From: Octopus vulgaris
Taxonomy: Eukaryota
Assembly (NCBI GenBank): GCA_951406725.2
Contig: OX597815.1
Span: forward strand, 11,594,001-11,658,000
Direction: 5' to 3'
Length of the DNA: 64,000 nt
The translations under genes and the position numbers were made by a program. The notes below the pieces were generated by a model. It was given only the letters and a program-made list of their open reading frames with translations, was not told the origin of the DNA and ran no database searches. This document shows, piece by piece, positions 26,218-41,610 of this stretch (positions are counted from its first letter, which is position 1; every line of letters starts with the position of its first letter).

Positions 26218-27320
26218 AAATGAATCTATTTAACTGTTTGTACATGAAGTTATGTATGTAAATATCCATTTGCGTAAGACTATCTAAATGCATATGGAAT
26301 TGTAGTTATAAGGCTGAATCGGAATATAAAGTCAAGTGGCAAGTCGTTGCCTCATGTACAATGAATAAAAATTATAAGTGGTGATTATCATTTTATATTT
26401 TAGCTGACTATTCAAAATTTATCTTTATCTTTGGCGGCTATTTTGTTAAACATATAATATGCTCATTTCTAATCGACATTTCATATTCTTCATTTAGCAT
26501 GATTCTTTTTATTTAAATTTTCATAGTGTTTTCAATTTTTTTTTAATTAGATTTCGAATGTATGACATTCAAGAAATTACCCTCAAATCTATAATGACTG
26601 ACTAAATTATATTTTTCTGTTACATCTATATATTTTCCCTCCCGATTCTCTTAATATATTTTCTATAGATTCTTTCCTCCCCGCGTTCTTCTTTATATAT
26701 CTGCATTACCCCAAAATCTCCATTATGTGTCTGCATTACTGTCTCACTCTTACTCTCTCTCTTTCTCTCTTACTCTCTCTCTCTCTATCTATCCGTCTGT
26801 CTTTCTCTTTCCCTCACTTTCTATCTCTCTCTCTCTCTATCTATCTATCTCCATACAGCATTCACCCTTTCAGTATGTTATAGAAAATACATTTTAATCG
26901 TCAATTTGATATTGTATGGGGTCCCTTCGTTTTTGAGGTGCCTCACATGGCTGGCTAAGGATATGACGAATCAAGTAAAGGAATAAAAGAATAACAGAAT
27001 AATAAAGGAAGTATTGCCGTTTTTACACATAATCTACGTAAGAATGACGTCGTTCTGCATATTTAACCAAATATTATGAACCACTACATTCGTATAAATT
27101 TTTAATCGTGAGCGACCGCGAAAGAACCCTTACCTCGTCGACTATGTTCAAACTCTTAAGAAAACGGATGCACTCAGCGATCTAAATTTTCTGAAATCTG
27201 TTTATCTGTTAAGTGGAACTGGAAAGGTAATATGATTATAATTTGTCACCGGTTAATGGCACGTATTTGTACGTAATTTGAATAGTCGGAAGAAGAAAAT
27301 CTTTTCCACTGTAGCATGGG

Positions 27321-27873
27321 TCGTCTGCCGTTACGTTCTGAGTTCAAATTCCGCCGAGGTCGACTTTATCTTTCATCTATTCAGGGTCGATTAAATAAGT
27401 ACCAGTTACGCACTGGGGTCGATATAATCGAATTAATCCGTTTGTCTGTCCTTGTTTGTCCTCTCTGTGTTTAGCCCCTTGTGGGTAGTAAAGGAATAGG
27501 TATTTTGTCTGCCGTTACGTTCTGAGTTCAAATTCCACCGAGGTCGACTTTACCTTTCATCCTTTCGGTGTCGATTAAATAAGTACCAGTTACGCACTGG
27601 GGTCGATATAATCGACTTAATCCGTGTGTCTGTCTTTGTTTGTCCTCTCCGTGTTTAGCCCCTTGTGGGTAGTAAAGGAACAGGTATTTTGTCTGCCGTT
27701 ACGTTCTGAGTTCAAATTCCACCGAGGTCGACCTTACCTTTCATCCTTTCGGGGTCGATTAAATAAGTACCAGTTACGCACTGGGGTCGATATAATCGAA
27801 TTAATCCGTTTGCCTGTACTAGTTTGTCCTCTCTCTTTTTGGCCCCTTGTGGGTAGTAAAGAAATAGGTATTT
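27321..27873 (+). mobile_element. Tandem trimer of headless SINE family A units (~185 bp each)
   Basis: gtctgccgttacgttctgagttcaaattcc...gtgggtagtaaag(g/a)aa(t/c)aggtattt repeated three times head to tail. Confidence 0.93.
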
Positions 27874-29799
27874 TATTTTAAAGCCTTTCAACTTAACGCT
27901 TGTTTTTTTATTGCTTCAGTATTCTTCTGGTCGGAAAGAAAACAGTAAGTAAAAATTGTCATAATATTTAGCGATATATAAGAGAAAACATGTGCGATAC
28001 ATTACTATCTTGTATATCTGTAATTAAACATTTCTGTCTACGAGCCAACAAAATAGCTTCTATGCTCACTCAACACAACAGTAATAGTTACCATTTTAAA
28101 CTCTTATTACAACAATTAGTTAAGAGAAAAAATGTACACATTGGCGATTATGTCACGAACATAGAAAAAGATAGAACATCTTTGTTCATATGTAAGTGAT
28201 GATAACACATTAATTATCTCTTAGCATAATCATTCTGTTCTTGCTGACTCTGTGTATGGCAATACTCTATTCAGGGCTGTGTGATAATCGTACGATGAAT
28301 AATTGTAGCTTGGGATTCGAAAGTGCGTACCGTACTCTACTCATCAGGAATTTCAGCCTTGCTCCGTGGAATGCTTTACATCGGTAATCAAAATAGTGCT
28401 GAAATTTATTAAAGTTCAATATATAACATTATTTTTGTATTTAAATTGCAACAATAGTCATTTGTTCTTTGTTAGATACCAGCTGTCTCCCCTAAGGAGG
28501 TATGCGGATATTTGTTCTTCAAAAAAAAAAAAAAAGAGACAAAAAACATCCATACGTACATACAACCACATTCAATCATATACACATCTTCGCTGAGACA
28601 AAATCTTTCTTAGTGACGGCGTGAATCCTGCGAAGAATAACTTAAATAGATATGAAAGACATACGTACGTACATATAGACATGCGTACGCACATAGAATG
28701 TATCGTGCGTAACTGGAGGAGTGAAAGAGAAAGAGTTTCTCATAGATAATAAAGCTTGAGAGAGAGAGTGAGAGAAAGAATTAGAGGGAGAGAGAGAGGG
28801 TAGGGTGAGAGAGAAAGGGAAAAAAGCTATAGGTAGCTTGCCATGGCTGAATAACTCCATAGAAATGGAAAAGATATAACGTATTCAACGTTAAAACTAA
28901 AGAGAAATAGTCAAATTAGGTTCTATTGAATAGAGAAGGTCAAGTGTGTCGGACTACACGGTTCAGTGTTTTCCTTTCACTATCTCTTTCATTAAGAATC
29001 ATTTGACATCAATTCGATACTGATAATTATCACCCCTCATAGTTACAATCAAACAAATTCGCAGACACAAAGACAAATAATTACAGTCGTACATAGAATA
29101 AGGTAGTTATACATATGTTGTTTAAATTATCTATCTAAAATCTCTCACCCTATATACAGACACATAGGCATATGTACGTATATACATAAACTCACGCGTA
29201 AGTACACAAACCAAAAATTCACACATATAGAAATACATGCATGCAAGAGTGTATATTACATATATATATATGTGTATGTGTGTAGATGGGTGGGTATGTA
29301 CGTGTGTGTGATTCTGTGCGATATATATATATAATATCTATTGTATGTGCGGAGAGTGCGGTATATAGTGAGGAAAGAGGAAAAGAGGGGGAGGGAATCG
29401 ATAGAAAGATAGATAGCTAAGCTGATACACGAGCAAAAATATATGGTGTGTATTATGTACTTTTATATGTGTATACATACAGACACACGCACACACCCAT
29501 ATATATATATACACATACGAACACACACACACACACACCACACATATACATGGTTGTTTTATGCAAAATTATACACACGAAGAAGTGAAGTAGTAATAGA
29601 TAACTCGATAATTATAAGTAGAATAGCAACTTTGTTTCTCCGAATGAAAAGATTCACCGACTGCGAAATCCTGCTCTCCAGGAATTTCAACACTGAGATA
29701 TTCAGTTGAACTTTATGTTGGTTGAAGTTGCTATAACTTCGACCCAACTTAATTTATTTTAGGTTCATTGTGTTAACAAACAAAAAAACCCTGGACCTT

Positions 29800-29963
29800 T
29801 TCTATTATAGGTGCAAGGCCTGAAATATCGTACTTAATTTACCGACCCCAAAAAAAATGAAAGGCAAAGTCGACTTCGGCGGAATTTGAACTCAGAACGT
29901 AAAGACATACGAAATAACGCAGAGCATTTCACCCGGCGTACTAACGTTTCTACCAGCTCGCCG
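29800..29963 (-). mobile_element. SINE family A, internally deleted
   Basis: gaaaggcaaagtcgacttcggcggaatttgaactcagaacg...ccagctcgcc. Confidence 0.88.
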
Positions 29964-30007
29964 AGATCAATGCTATTATGCATGTGTTCTTTTTGTGTGT
30001 GCCTGTG

Positions 30008-30415
<408 letters not shown>

Positions 30416-30679
30416 TGACTATCTCTCTGTCTTTCTATCTCAATCTATCCTAGACTCGGTGAGTAGGCTGGTCGTTTTGGATCTTGATGGCAGCTACTTT
30501 ACTCTGCGTGATGTAGCTTCATTACTACGACAACCATCTGGATATTTAATGATCATACATCATATACAGATCACTTAGACTAGACATGCTCCTACTCCCC
30601 GGTAATATAAAAAGAATTATTGTGGTCGAACTCTCAGTGCTCTTAGTGGACATACACGATATTTCCCACCAAAGACAGA

Positions 30680-31080
30680 AAACCAGAAAACAGAATGTAG
30701 TCAATTAGTCTCTTGTCAAGAGATGGTATGCCGCTTGTTCTCTTCTGTAAATGGTTGGTGCACCTCTCCAGCTGGATCAGGGTAGTACTTCCAGCAAAAG
30801 AAAGGTCTGGAAGACCAACACCTAGAAAAAGCATTCGAAGAGATAGGCACGGCTGCAGAGCCAAGCTGAAGGTGGTTATGGTTGACAAGAGACTAAAACA
30901 TGAACCTTTCTCCAGCTGAGAGTTAGTTCAAAGATCGCTGTAACACTCGGGCGAATCGTACATGCTAAGAAGCAAAATGGTCGTGTCCTGCAGATACCTA
31001 CTGATGATAGGGAAGAGTTCCTAGCACTGCATTGGATGCAGAAGATTTTTGCACAACCCCTAACTTGCTCCTGCAGTTTC
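30680..31080 (+). mobile_element. Highly decayed mariner transposase N-terminal relic
   Basis: Frame-broken pieces KERSGRPT, KVVMVDKRL, RVLQIPTDD in the order of mariner RSGRP / DRR / WVP..LT motifs; no TIRs found. Confidence 0.45.
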
Positions 31081-31289
31081 AAAGCGACTCTGATATTTAT
31101 TTCACACACTTACACACACACACGTCCAAACTCACACACATGTTTCCGTCATGTCGGAGGCGTATGTTTGGAGTAATCATATATTTGTAAAATGCAAATA
31201 ATTTTGGTTCCAAATTGTGAACCCCGAAATTTCAATATTGCCGACTCGATATGACTTATGAAATTATAGTAAATTATGAACTTACTATA

Positions 31290-31570
<281 letters not shown>

Positions 31571-33352
31571 ATGCCTGTGCATATGAATATTCTGCTTTCT
31601 GTTACTTAGCACAACATACGTTTAAACGTAATCCATCGATCCCACTTTTCTCTCCAATCTAACCATTTATATTTCCATACAATTTAAAATGTCATACTCT
31701 AGACCGGCATTATGCCTTAAAAAGAAACAGAATAATTTCCTCCATTTGAAATAAAACAACAAAACATTATTTAAATTCACAAGAAACGGGATTGTTGGAC
31801 ACATTATGTATGTATTCAAGCATCACATTTTTTCTTTCGTTTTAGGTATAAATGCACGTAATTAAAATATCAATGTTTCTACAAATATAGGTCGTGTTGT
31901 GATGTCGTGTAATTTATTGATAAGCAGCAGGTTTAATCCGGTGCAGGTCACAATTCGGAGCGCATTATTTATCTCAACATGTCAGAATATATTTACGATA
32001 ATTTAATCTAATTTTAAATCCATTGCCCTTGCGCACATAACCATTACCAGCTGTTAAATTAATGTTGAGTATATTTATTTAATTATGCTCGGCATTTTAA
32101 ACGGATTTTATTACAGAGCTTTGGATGAAATACTGAATAACCGGGTTTATCAATTGTGATCTGTTGCAGAATGATATTTAAGTGCTTGTAGTCTGTCTAC
32201 GCATTTTGTTTGGAAATATAAATGTTGATTATTATGATTCAGTTTATTTCTTAACATCACAATTGGAACATTTGTGTTTCCATTTCAAAAGCAAAAATGC
32301 TCATATTTCTGTTCAAAGATTTTGAGATACACCTGTACGTAAATGCAAACAGGTGAACTTCAGTTAGTTACAATTATCAAGAATATTTCTTGCTTGTTTA
32401 AACTTCTTCTAATGTGCTCAAATTGTTAAGAACAGATATCATAGCTTATTGAAGTACTCTCAACAATAAGAATTCTTGAATTGTGAAATTATATATGAAA
32501 CAGTGATTTAATTGAGCTATTTAATGATTTATTTCACTTCACATTCATTATACTTATGCATATATTTATGCCTTATATATTTATGCCTTATATAATTTGT
32601 TAAACATATTTGATAATTATATTTAATGGATTTATTTTCAGTATATTTAAGATACTTCACAAGTGAAAAAATCGCTGAAATTCTTTGTCATATTTCACAG
32701 ATCGCTTACATATTTATCGCTGTTGATGAATTAATAATTTGTAAAAATATATTATTTTTAGTTTTGTGCTGAAGATTTTAATTCATTACTGAATATTAAA
32801 AAAAAAATTCTCTTGTGAAAAGAATAATGTTGATTATATTCGCTTTTACTTTTCTTTTGTAATATTGTGTTAAGATGTATGCATATGCTGTATAGTTTGT
32901 CACTTATCCTTGTTTTATGATTTTTTTTTTATTAAGCACATATCTCAACATGTATATTTTGTAATTTCTGTTTTATATATTGAATACATATTCAAATATA
33001 CTAATAGATAGTTAATGGAATGCCGTGTGTATAATATAGATATATTCTCGGAGATGGAGAGGGACAGAAAGAAAGAGAGAGAGAGAGAGAGAGAGTGAGA
33101 GAAAAAAAAGGAAAAAAGTGAGAGAAAACACTTAGTTGTGTATAAAGACAGAAAGGAGAAACCGGAAGTTTTAATAATGTTAGGATTTCATAAGCAACTG
33201 GGTGTCTGTTTTAGCTGTCTATTAAATAATGCTTATAAATGTATTATTAATCATAACCTTATTAAATATATTCGATGTGCATGTGGAATGTTGGCTAAAA
33301 ATGTCAAGTTATATTTATATTATGTAGCAAAGTACACTTATATGACATAATA

Positions 33353-33685
33353 GGTATATAGGAGCACTCCGTCGGTTACGACGACGAGGGTCCCAGCTGA
33401 TACGATCAACGGAGCAGCTTGCTCGTGGAATTAACGTGTAAGTGACTGAGCAATCCACATACACGTGTAGCCCTAACGTAGTTCTCAGGGAGATTCAACG
33501 TGACACAGAGTGTGACAAGGCCGGCCCTTTGAAATACAGGTGCAACTCATTTTTGCCAGCTGAGTGGACTGGAGCAACGTGAAATAAAGTGTCTTGCTCA
33601 AGGACACAACGCATCGCCGGGAATCGAACTCACGACCTTACAATCGTCAGTCGAATGCCCTAACCACTAAGGCACGCGCCTTCAC
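33353..33685 (-). mobile_element. SINE family D (OR2-like), full length, with TSD
   Basis: tRNA-like head with cttagtggttagg and gagttcgattccc; 3' half shared with family C; 13-bp TSD atatgacataata at 33340-33352 and 33686-33698. Confidence 0.92.
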
Positions 33686-34294
33686 ATATGACATAATACA
33701 GCAGTTAGCGAACCGGCAATCTATTAATCAAAGTGGCTGCCAAGGATGCTTACGCACAAGAATCCATCTAAGACGTTTCAAGGCGTTCAGTTAAAATTCA
33801 AATATCAACGCAGATCAGAAACTAACCGCGGTTGTTGTCCCGGGTTGTGAAATTAATCACTCAATTAGCCAGGTGTAGGCTGAGTTACAATTTAGTAAAT
33901 TTCGGGTTTGGTGGTGAAAAAAGAAGCGATTATAAGAGAGTATCTGAGCGTCATTCAGGGACACATGAATAGGACAAATCTTGCTGATTTTGGAAATTGA
34001 GAATTGCTAAACTTTAGTTCAAGCACCACCGGAATTAGTAATAGACATATGTGGATCCAAGAGAAATACTGAACACTGAATTCAACGGGGGCTATGTCTT
34101 CAAACACGAATGGAATGATAAAAAATGTATTCGACAAGCGAAAGCTATGCCATTTAAACGTTATTGGTTCGAAGCGTTTAGACTAAAGTAGATGAAAAAG
34201 ATGCATTTAAAGGAGAGAGGTGGGGGACTCCCTTTGACGAAGAAATTCCTTCTTATTGTCATCTAGCTGAGGGTGGTGGGCATCAGGTAGGATA

Positions 34295-34345
<51 letters not shown>

Positions 34346-35361
34346 CATAACTTTGGGGTGGCGAAGTTTGTGTGCAAACTAGACGGTAGATTTGGACGAT
34401 AGATAAGTTTGAGAAATTTTTGATTTAAAGGCGAATAGAATTTATGTTTTGGATACTTTTATGTTATGTTTAAAGTATAGAGTTCAATAAAAAGGTACGG
34501 GTTTTAAAGGTAGAATAGCTATAATTTACCATTAGAAAAAGCTTGTATTTTTAACCTGATGATGTTGGTGTATCCTGGCGTCATGTTAGCATTCTATTGG
34601 TAGGCTGGTCCCTGGCTTGTGTCAGAGTTAACTTTACCGAAGAAACTCATACTACAGATAGAGAAGACTTCGTAATGTCTTCTCTCACCACCACAAGAGA
34701 GGCAACGCCTCATATATAACAATAGAGCATTAGATAAATTTTGACCTTGAATCAAACACCTTGTATGTGTAACATTCTTCCATAAATACTGGAATTTTTC
34801 CCATGTTGAAGGTGATAATTTCTGCCAAAGCAACACAGTTACAACGCTAGATTTTAGATAACAGCAACCGCGAAGAGTTTCATGTTGACCTTGTGAAACA
34901 TTTTGAATATTTTTACCTTTCAAGTTAGGTACTATATTTGGAAAGTGCACGTTAGCTGTTCATATTCTTTGCCTGAAATCCCTAGTTTTTGGATATTTTC
35001 ACTTAGGCATTTTCCCGCATAAATGATGCCACTAATATGCTATCTATGATTTTATTTTTGGATGACTGAATGAACGTGCCAATGTATTCATATATGTATG
35101 AGTGTATACAATTATATATGCACAAAAAAAAAAAAAAAAATAAACACAATTACACAGCACGCACACACCTATCAAAATAGATGTTCTTAATCGGTTCCAA
35201 CGATGCGGGTTCGCTGTTTGATCAACTGTATTCATTGCTCTTTGAATTAGCATATGTGGCCGTGAAGTCCACAACAATATGTGGCTTGAACGCAATTCTC
35301 AGGGAGGAGAATTACGTTACACAGGGTATAACAACGACGTATGCATATATACATACATAGA

Positions 35362-35394
<33 letters not shown>

Positions 35395-35397
35395 GCA

Positions 35398-35450
<53 letters not shown>

Positions 35451-35564
35451 CGAAGATTAAAAATTTAAAACTGGATTTTTAAAAAATATGCTAGGCCACT
35501 GGTTTTAATTAATTAATATCAATTTCTACCCATACTTAATTTTATACATACATACACACACGCA

Positions 35565-35667
<103 letters not shown>

Positions 35668-36437
35668 ATAAATGTATACGTATATATGTTTATATATATA
35701 TATACAAGCGTGCATATATACATATAGTTACATTATATACATGTATGTGTGCAAATGTGTGTGTGTGTGTGTGATTGTGTGTGTGAGGGAGAAAGAGTGA
35801 GAGATAGAATTTGAGCGTGTGTGTGTGTGTGTGCGTATGTACACGGATCCATCTATGTAAATATTTACATTTTATGCTCGCATATATTTCAATTAATTTT
35901 GAATGGACGTCATTGGAAGACGTGGTCTAATAAGGCATTAAATACACAAATCACGCAGGTAATGTTAGTTTTGTTCATGTGAATTTTCTAATTTCTGTAC
36001 AAGTCAATGCTCCATTATTAATAAAGAGCCGGAACACAGATCATTGGCAGTATTTAGATAAAATGCCAATTAATTAAATTAAAACATCATTAATGATGGC
36101 AAAATATTGCTATTTAATCTAAATTTTTCTGTCTTCAGTAAAACGGATGTTGACATTGTAGTCTTTCGTTTCCTTCTTTTGTGGTATTTAAATTGAAACC
36201 AGAACCCTCCACGTATTTACATATTATTATATCAATAAAATGTATTTCCTATTGGTGTTGAAAAAGCAGTATTTACTGTTAGAAATCCTATTGCGCGTGA
36301 CTCAAACTCACGTAAAAAAAAACTAAATAGACAAGAAACTGATATTACATTATTCTATTTATACATATACTAGCAGTTGTAAACATTCATTAACGTATGC
36401 CCATACCCATACATTTAAGAGCACGCCTATAGTAATC

Positions 36438-36472
36438 TCTTCACTCACTCACTCACTCCTCCACTCAGTCTG

Positions 36473-36523
<51 letters not shown>

Positions 36524-36728
36524 GTCTGTCTGTCAGTCTATCTATCTCTATCGGTCTGTCTGTCTGTCTATCTATCTATCTGTCTGTCTGTCTGTCTATC
36601 CGCTTCTCTATCTGTCTGTCTATGCATGTATGTATGTATGTATGTATGTATGTATGTATTTATGCATGTATGTATCTATCTATCTTTCTATCCGCTTCTC
36701 TATCTGTCTGTCTATGTATCTCTCTATG

Positions 36729-36817
<89 letters not shown>

Positions 36818-36819
36818 CC

Positions 36820-36904
<85 letters not shown>

Positions 36905-36924
36905 CTATCTATCTATCTATCTAG

Positions 36925-36981
<57 letters not shown>

Positions 36982-37017
36982 CACCTAGCTTGCTAGCTAC
37001 CTCTCTCTCTCTTTCTT

Positions 37018-37076
<59 letters not shown>

Positions 37077-37118
37077 GTATGTATCTCTTTGTCTGTCTGC
37101 CTGCCTGTCTGTCTGTCT
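36438..37118. repeat. Compound tetra/dinucleotide microsatellite block
   Basis: (CACT)n, (TATC)n, (TATG)n, (CT)n, (TA)n. Confidence 0.95.
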
Positions 37119-37591
37119 TGTCAGATGTTTACACAAGAGAAAAAAAAATACTTAATACATGTTTATTTGTTTATTTGCGGCCATTATTCACTTCGCCGTA
37201 AAGTGTTATATGCTACGTGACACACAAACAATTATACACACACTCACACATGTAATTTGTCGACGAAGGACGAAGAGAATTCTTGATGCGAAATGAAATT
37301 GTTTATTTCATAGAAATTCCTTTCTTGCAGTTATGTTTCACACCATATCGATCATCCGCCCAAAAGCATTTGTTCATGCATATATTTCTGCGTAAAAATA
37401 TGGCACCTTAAGAAGTTTATAAGCATGAAAACTTTAGTTGAGGGGACATCTTACTCGTATATTTCTATAAATATGATAAAATGCTCTTGAGTCATTGTAT
37501 CGTGGGTATATGTTTTTATCTTATATTTTAAATGAAATATGAGAAGCACATCTGTGTGTGTGTGTGTGTGTGTGCATAATATATGTGTTTG

Positions 37592-37622
<31 letters not shown>

Positions 37623-37797
37623 AAGGGCTTATAAAATAAATTACTTTGCCGCATACTGAACTCATTAGTGCAGCTAAAAAACTTTTAAAAACTATTTCAA
37701 TACTTAAAGAAAACCTCTCTATACACCTTAAATGGTCCCTTTGTATACTGAATACTTGGTGAAATTGATTAATTAATTAATTTTACCTCAATTGTTG

Positions 37798-37844
<47 letters not shown>

Positions 37845-37847
<3 letters not shown>

Positions 37848-38006
37848 AGAAGACAGGTGGTGTACAAAACAGATAGATGTATTAGTATAACGCTCAGGAA
37901 TAGAAAAAGTATTTTACGTTTCGAGTCTACGCTCTTCTACAGAAAGGGACACAGAAAAAACAAGGAGAGAAAAAGTGTGTGTAGTAGCTAACGATCTATC
38001 ATGGCG
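37845..38006 (-). mobile_element. Short hammerhead-motif cassette, copy 2, between (TA)n arrays
   Basis: Reverse complement of 5329-5508; motif 37911-37946 reads cttt CTGTAGA a gag-cgtaga-ctc GAAAC GTA aaa. Confidence 0.72.
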
Positions 38007-38026
38007 ATATATATATATATCTTGAA

Positions 38027-38061
<35 letters not shown>

Positions 38062-38500
38062 AAAGAAAAGAAAACAGAAAGAAAGAAAGATAGACGGAAG
38101 GAAAAACAGAGGTAAGAAACGTGCAACGAATATATTCCAACTGCAACATTTTTATACAGAAGTTCCAATTTCGCTCAACGTTCCCATGAAGTCGTCTTTG
38201 TGTATCAGGTTTAAATATCTCATACTCAAATGGTAATCTCAGTTTTCGTTTCCACTCCTGTAATTACCGTATGACCGACGTCTTTGTTGCGCGTACATCC
38301 CATTCGATGCGACATATTTGACAATATACTTTTGCTCATTGAGTCAGAGTACCAAAGACCATTTTTATACAGTACCCTATCGCATGTTAGCACATAGAAA
38401 AAAACAACAAAAAACAAAAAATAAAACGAATGTGAGCATGGGTAGAATAATGCAGCTAATATATGAATTATGCTATAGGTATTTTGGTATTAAGGCTTAT

Positions 38501-38897
38501 TTTCTTTTACATTTTTCAGTCATTATACTGCGGCCATGTTAGGGCACAGACTTGAATAATTTTAGTTGTGCAAACCTACCTCAGTACTTGCATTTTAAGC
38601 TAGGTACTTCTTCTATAGCTTTCTTTTGCCGTAACACTACGTTGCGAGGACGTAAACACACCGATCCCGGTGTGAAGCGATGGTGAGGGACAAACACAGA
38701 CACAAAGACACATACACACGCATATATATATATACGACAGGCTTATTTCAGTTTCAGTCTACCAAATCCACTCGCAAGGCTTTAGTCGGCCTGAAGCTAC
38801 AGTAGAAGACACTTGCCCAAGGTGCCTCGCAGTGGGATTGAACTTACAACCGTGTGTTTGGGAAGCAAACTTCTAACTACATAGCCACGCCTGTGCC
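38501..38897 (-). mobile_element. SINE family B, older copy
   Basis: Reverse-complement similarity to 14487-14917 along its length. Confidence 0.88.
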
Positions 38898-39333
38898 TAA
38901 ATGGGAAACTGTTCGATTTTTTCCGTCAGCTTTTCCTTCTGCTAGTAAGCAGACTACACAATGTGACCTGTTATATTCGCATTTGCAAACTAAAAGGGAT
39001 TGGGTGCTTTGCGATACTCTTCTATTTTCTGTAAGAAATTAGCTATTTGTTTTTTAGTGGTAAAAATGCTTACTAGTTATGTCTTACAAGAGAGAAAATC
39101 ATTTATGTAAGCAACAATTACTTCATATTCTATCTAAAGACCTCTACTCGAAATATATTCAGTGTTGAGAGAACATGATCTAGTAATTGCATTTTCAATA
39201 TCTAGAACAGATTTCTTAGAAAAAAGGTTATTTGATTGTGGAAAGCGATCGAAACGGAAATTTATACATAAATATTAAATCACTCAATTTCGAAAGACTG
39301 ATTCACATACTTATATATAGACGGCAATACACA

Positions 39334-39440
<107 letters not shown>

Positions 39441-40045
39441 GTATATATGAACTTCAAGAGTGAGGTAAGAACGATATAATACTGGTCTACTAGTCTTGAA
39501 AATCTGACAGTAGATTTTTCTCTTCTCACTATAAGATATCATTCCATAATACATTTGCAATACTAGTAATTTTACAATATTTGATAAGTTTCGATATTTC
39601 TGGTCACGAAATTCTCTAGAGTGATGTTAAAACATATCCGACCTTGATATCAGCTACCGGCTTCCCCGGAAATAGTGATATTATCATACTGTATCCCATG
39701 AACAGGCTGAAAAATCTCACGGCCCGTCCAAACAACGTCTGAGTATGATTTACACATAACATTTCTAAGCGAAAAGGTAACAATACCTACTCTAACTAAC
39801 GGACTGGAAGTGAACAGAACGGCAACTTACAGGCTGGCAATGTGCTTCTCAAGAAGTATTCGCTATTCGATTACGTTCTATGAGGCTCCAGAATTGCCAA
39901 ACAATCATATCTCAAAGAGAATCTGAAGGAAAATCACTGTGCTTAACATAATAAGTAACATACAATGATATTTTTTTCCATAAACTACAGGACATTGATA
40001 TTATCGTGGGTTTTCGACTCCCTTGGACTCGAATGCATCACATTT

Positions 40046-40107
40046 GAAGTATGTTTCTTTTGTTATCCATGCTCAGAAGTATATTTCTTTTGTTATCCAT
40101 GCTCAGA
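40046..40107. repeat. 30-bp tandem duplication
   Basis: gaagtat(g/a)tttcttttgttatccatgctca x2. Confidence 0.9.
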
Positions 40108-40464
40108 TGATACAAACGAAATGTTTAGCGACTATATGAGACTCTGAAGTCCTTATCAATACGAATATGGCGATTTTATCATATTTCGTGTGGAAAAAAA
40201 TTTAATACACGATGGGCAGCTGCTAATAAAATGCCATTCAGTTATGAACTTTCAATGGGGTGTAATGTTAAATCAGCAAACCTTGTCAAGAAATATTCAG
40301 CTTTCACAAATATATAAAATGCTTCTGGTGTAAGGTAGATGCGCACGTTTAAACACAGCTGATATTGGTGGAACCTTTTCACAAAATTCCACCAAAGACA
40401 GGCATATTTGTTTTGTTATAATTATCTGGGATAGACGTGATAACATATACAGTGACTACGAAAG

Positions 40465-40543
<79 letters not shown>

Positions 40544-41383
40544 GACTTTTGTTTTCTTCTAAGTCATGGTTTCCCTTTTTTGGCCAGTAGACATGTAAAT
40601 TTAATGGTATATCCAACAACTAATTATGACTTCCCTTTGATTATGTACACCAATGAAAACGATTGAGAAAAATATATTGATCAATTTTAAATCTGGAAAG
40701 CCATCGGCTAGTGTCAGTGTGTCAAGTCCTGACGGGGAAAGCTCGACGTTTTGACATTAATCTTAAAAATAAACATCAGAATCAAAAGACAGAATGACGA
40801 AGGCCATTATCCAGTGACGAAGAGATCTGGGAAATAGCAGAAAGTTTCTGAGAGGACAAAGAGTGCAGTTAATAGGAGGGTTATCAAATATCGATGCCAA
40901 GTTTGCAAATTCTAAAGATATATTGCCATACTGCATAAAACGGAGTAATGAAAGATATTGGGTACGACGGAAGAGTAACAATAAGACCGAAATATGTCAG
41001 TTAGTTTAAATAGATCTTCAGAAGGAGATTTCGAGAACAATAATAAATTCAACGAAAGAATAATTGACCACTATTTCACTGCAAGTGAGTTATATGAGTG
41101 TGTGACGCAACAAAATAGAAAATGACGGCCGGATTCTTAGCAAAGGACATTTACATAAGGGGTTATTGGATTTAATGATTGAGGCAAATGTGAGTAGACA
41201 TTCACATGAAAAATAGTTTTGTGGAAACCCATTTAAATGCCCCATAAATGCTGTCAAATACTTGCAACACCTCCATTAATAATAAGTTCTATAGTAGGAA
41301 ACAGATTAGCAGAAGACCCATTCTCAAGAAGATGAGGCCTGTGTCATACAAGTACTGCTATCACTATCTCGGAATAGAACTCA

Positions 41384-41610
41384 CGGTGAGCTGGCAGAAT
41401 CGTTAGCACGCCGGGCGAGATGCTTAGCAGTACTTCGTCTGCCGTTACATTCCGAGTTCAAGTTCCGCCGAGGTCGACTTTGCCTTTCATCCTTTCGGGG
41501 TCGATAAATTAAGTACTAGTTACCTACTGGGGTCGATATAATCGACTTAATCCGCCTGTCCTTGTTTTTCTCCTCTGTGTTTAACCCCTTCTGGGTAGTA
41601 AAGAAATAGG
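41384..41610 (+). mobile_element. SINE family A, near full length
   Basis: Head gagctggcagaatcgttagcacgccgggcg, gagttcaagttcc, central gcctttcatcctttcggggtcgataaattaagtac domain, tail gtagtaaagaaatagg. Confidence 0.93.

Noticed and set aside
27321-27873. Regularly repeated units superficially like a CRISPR or satellite array
   Set aside because: No unique spacers; units are SINE bodies in eukaryotic DNA
27920-27944. 25-nt candidate micro-exon between ttttattgcttcag and gtaagt
   Set aside because: Isolated, not frame-preserving, no partner exons; such signal pairs occur by chance in 64 kb
28305-28352. Minus-strand CTGATGA, imperfect hairpin, GAAT
   Set aside because: Second box is GAAT, no stem III, no repeat context; likely chance
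34553-34590. aacCTGATGAtgttgg-tgtatc-ctggc near a (TA)n-flanked cassette
   Set aside because: GAAA box and cleavage triplet missing; at most a truncated half motif
39620-41100. Patches that may be very old LINE remnants
   Set aside because: Could not recover ordered diagnostic motifs
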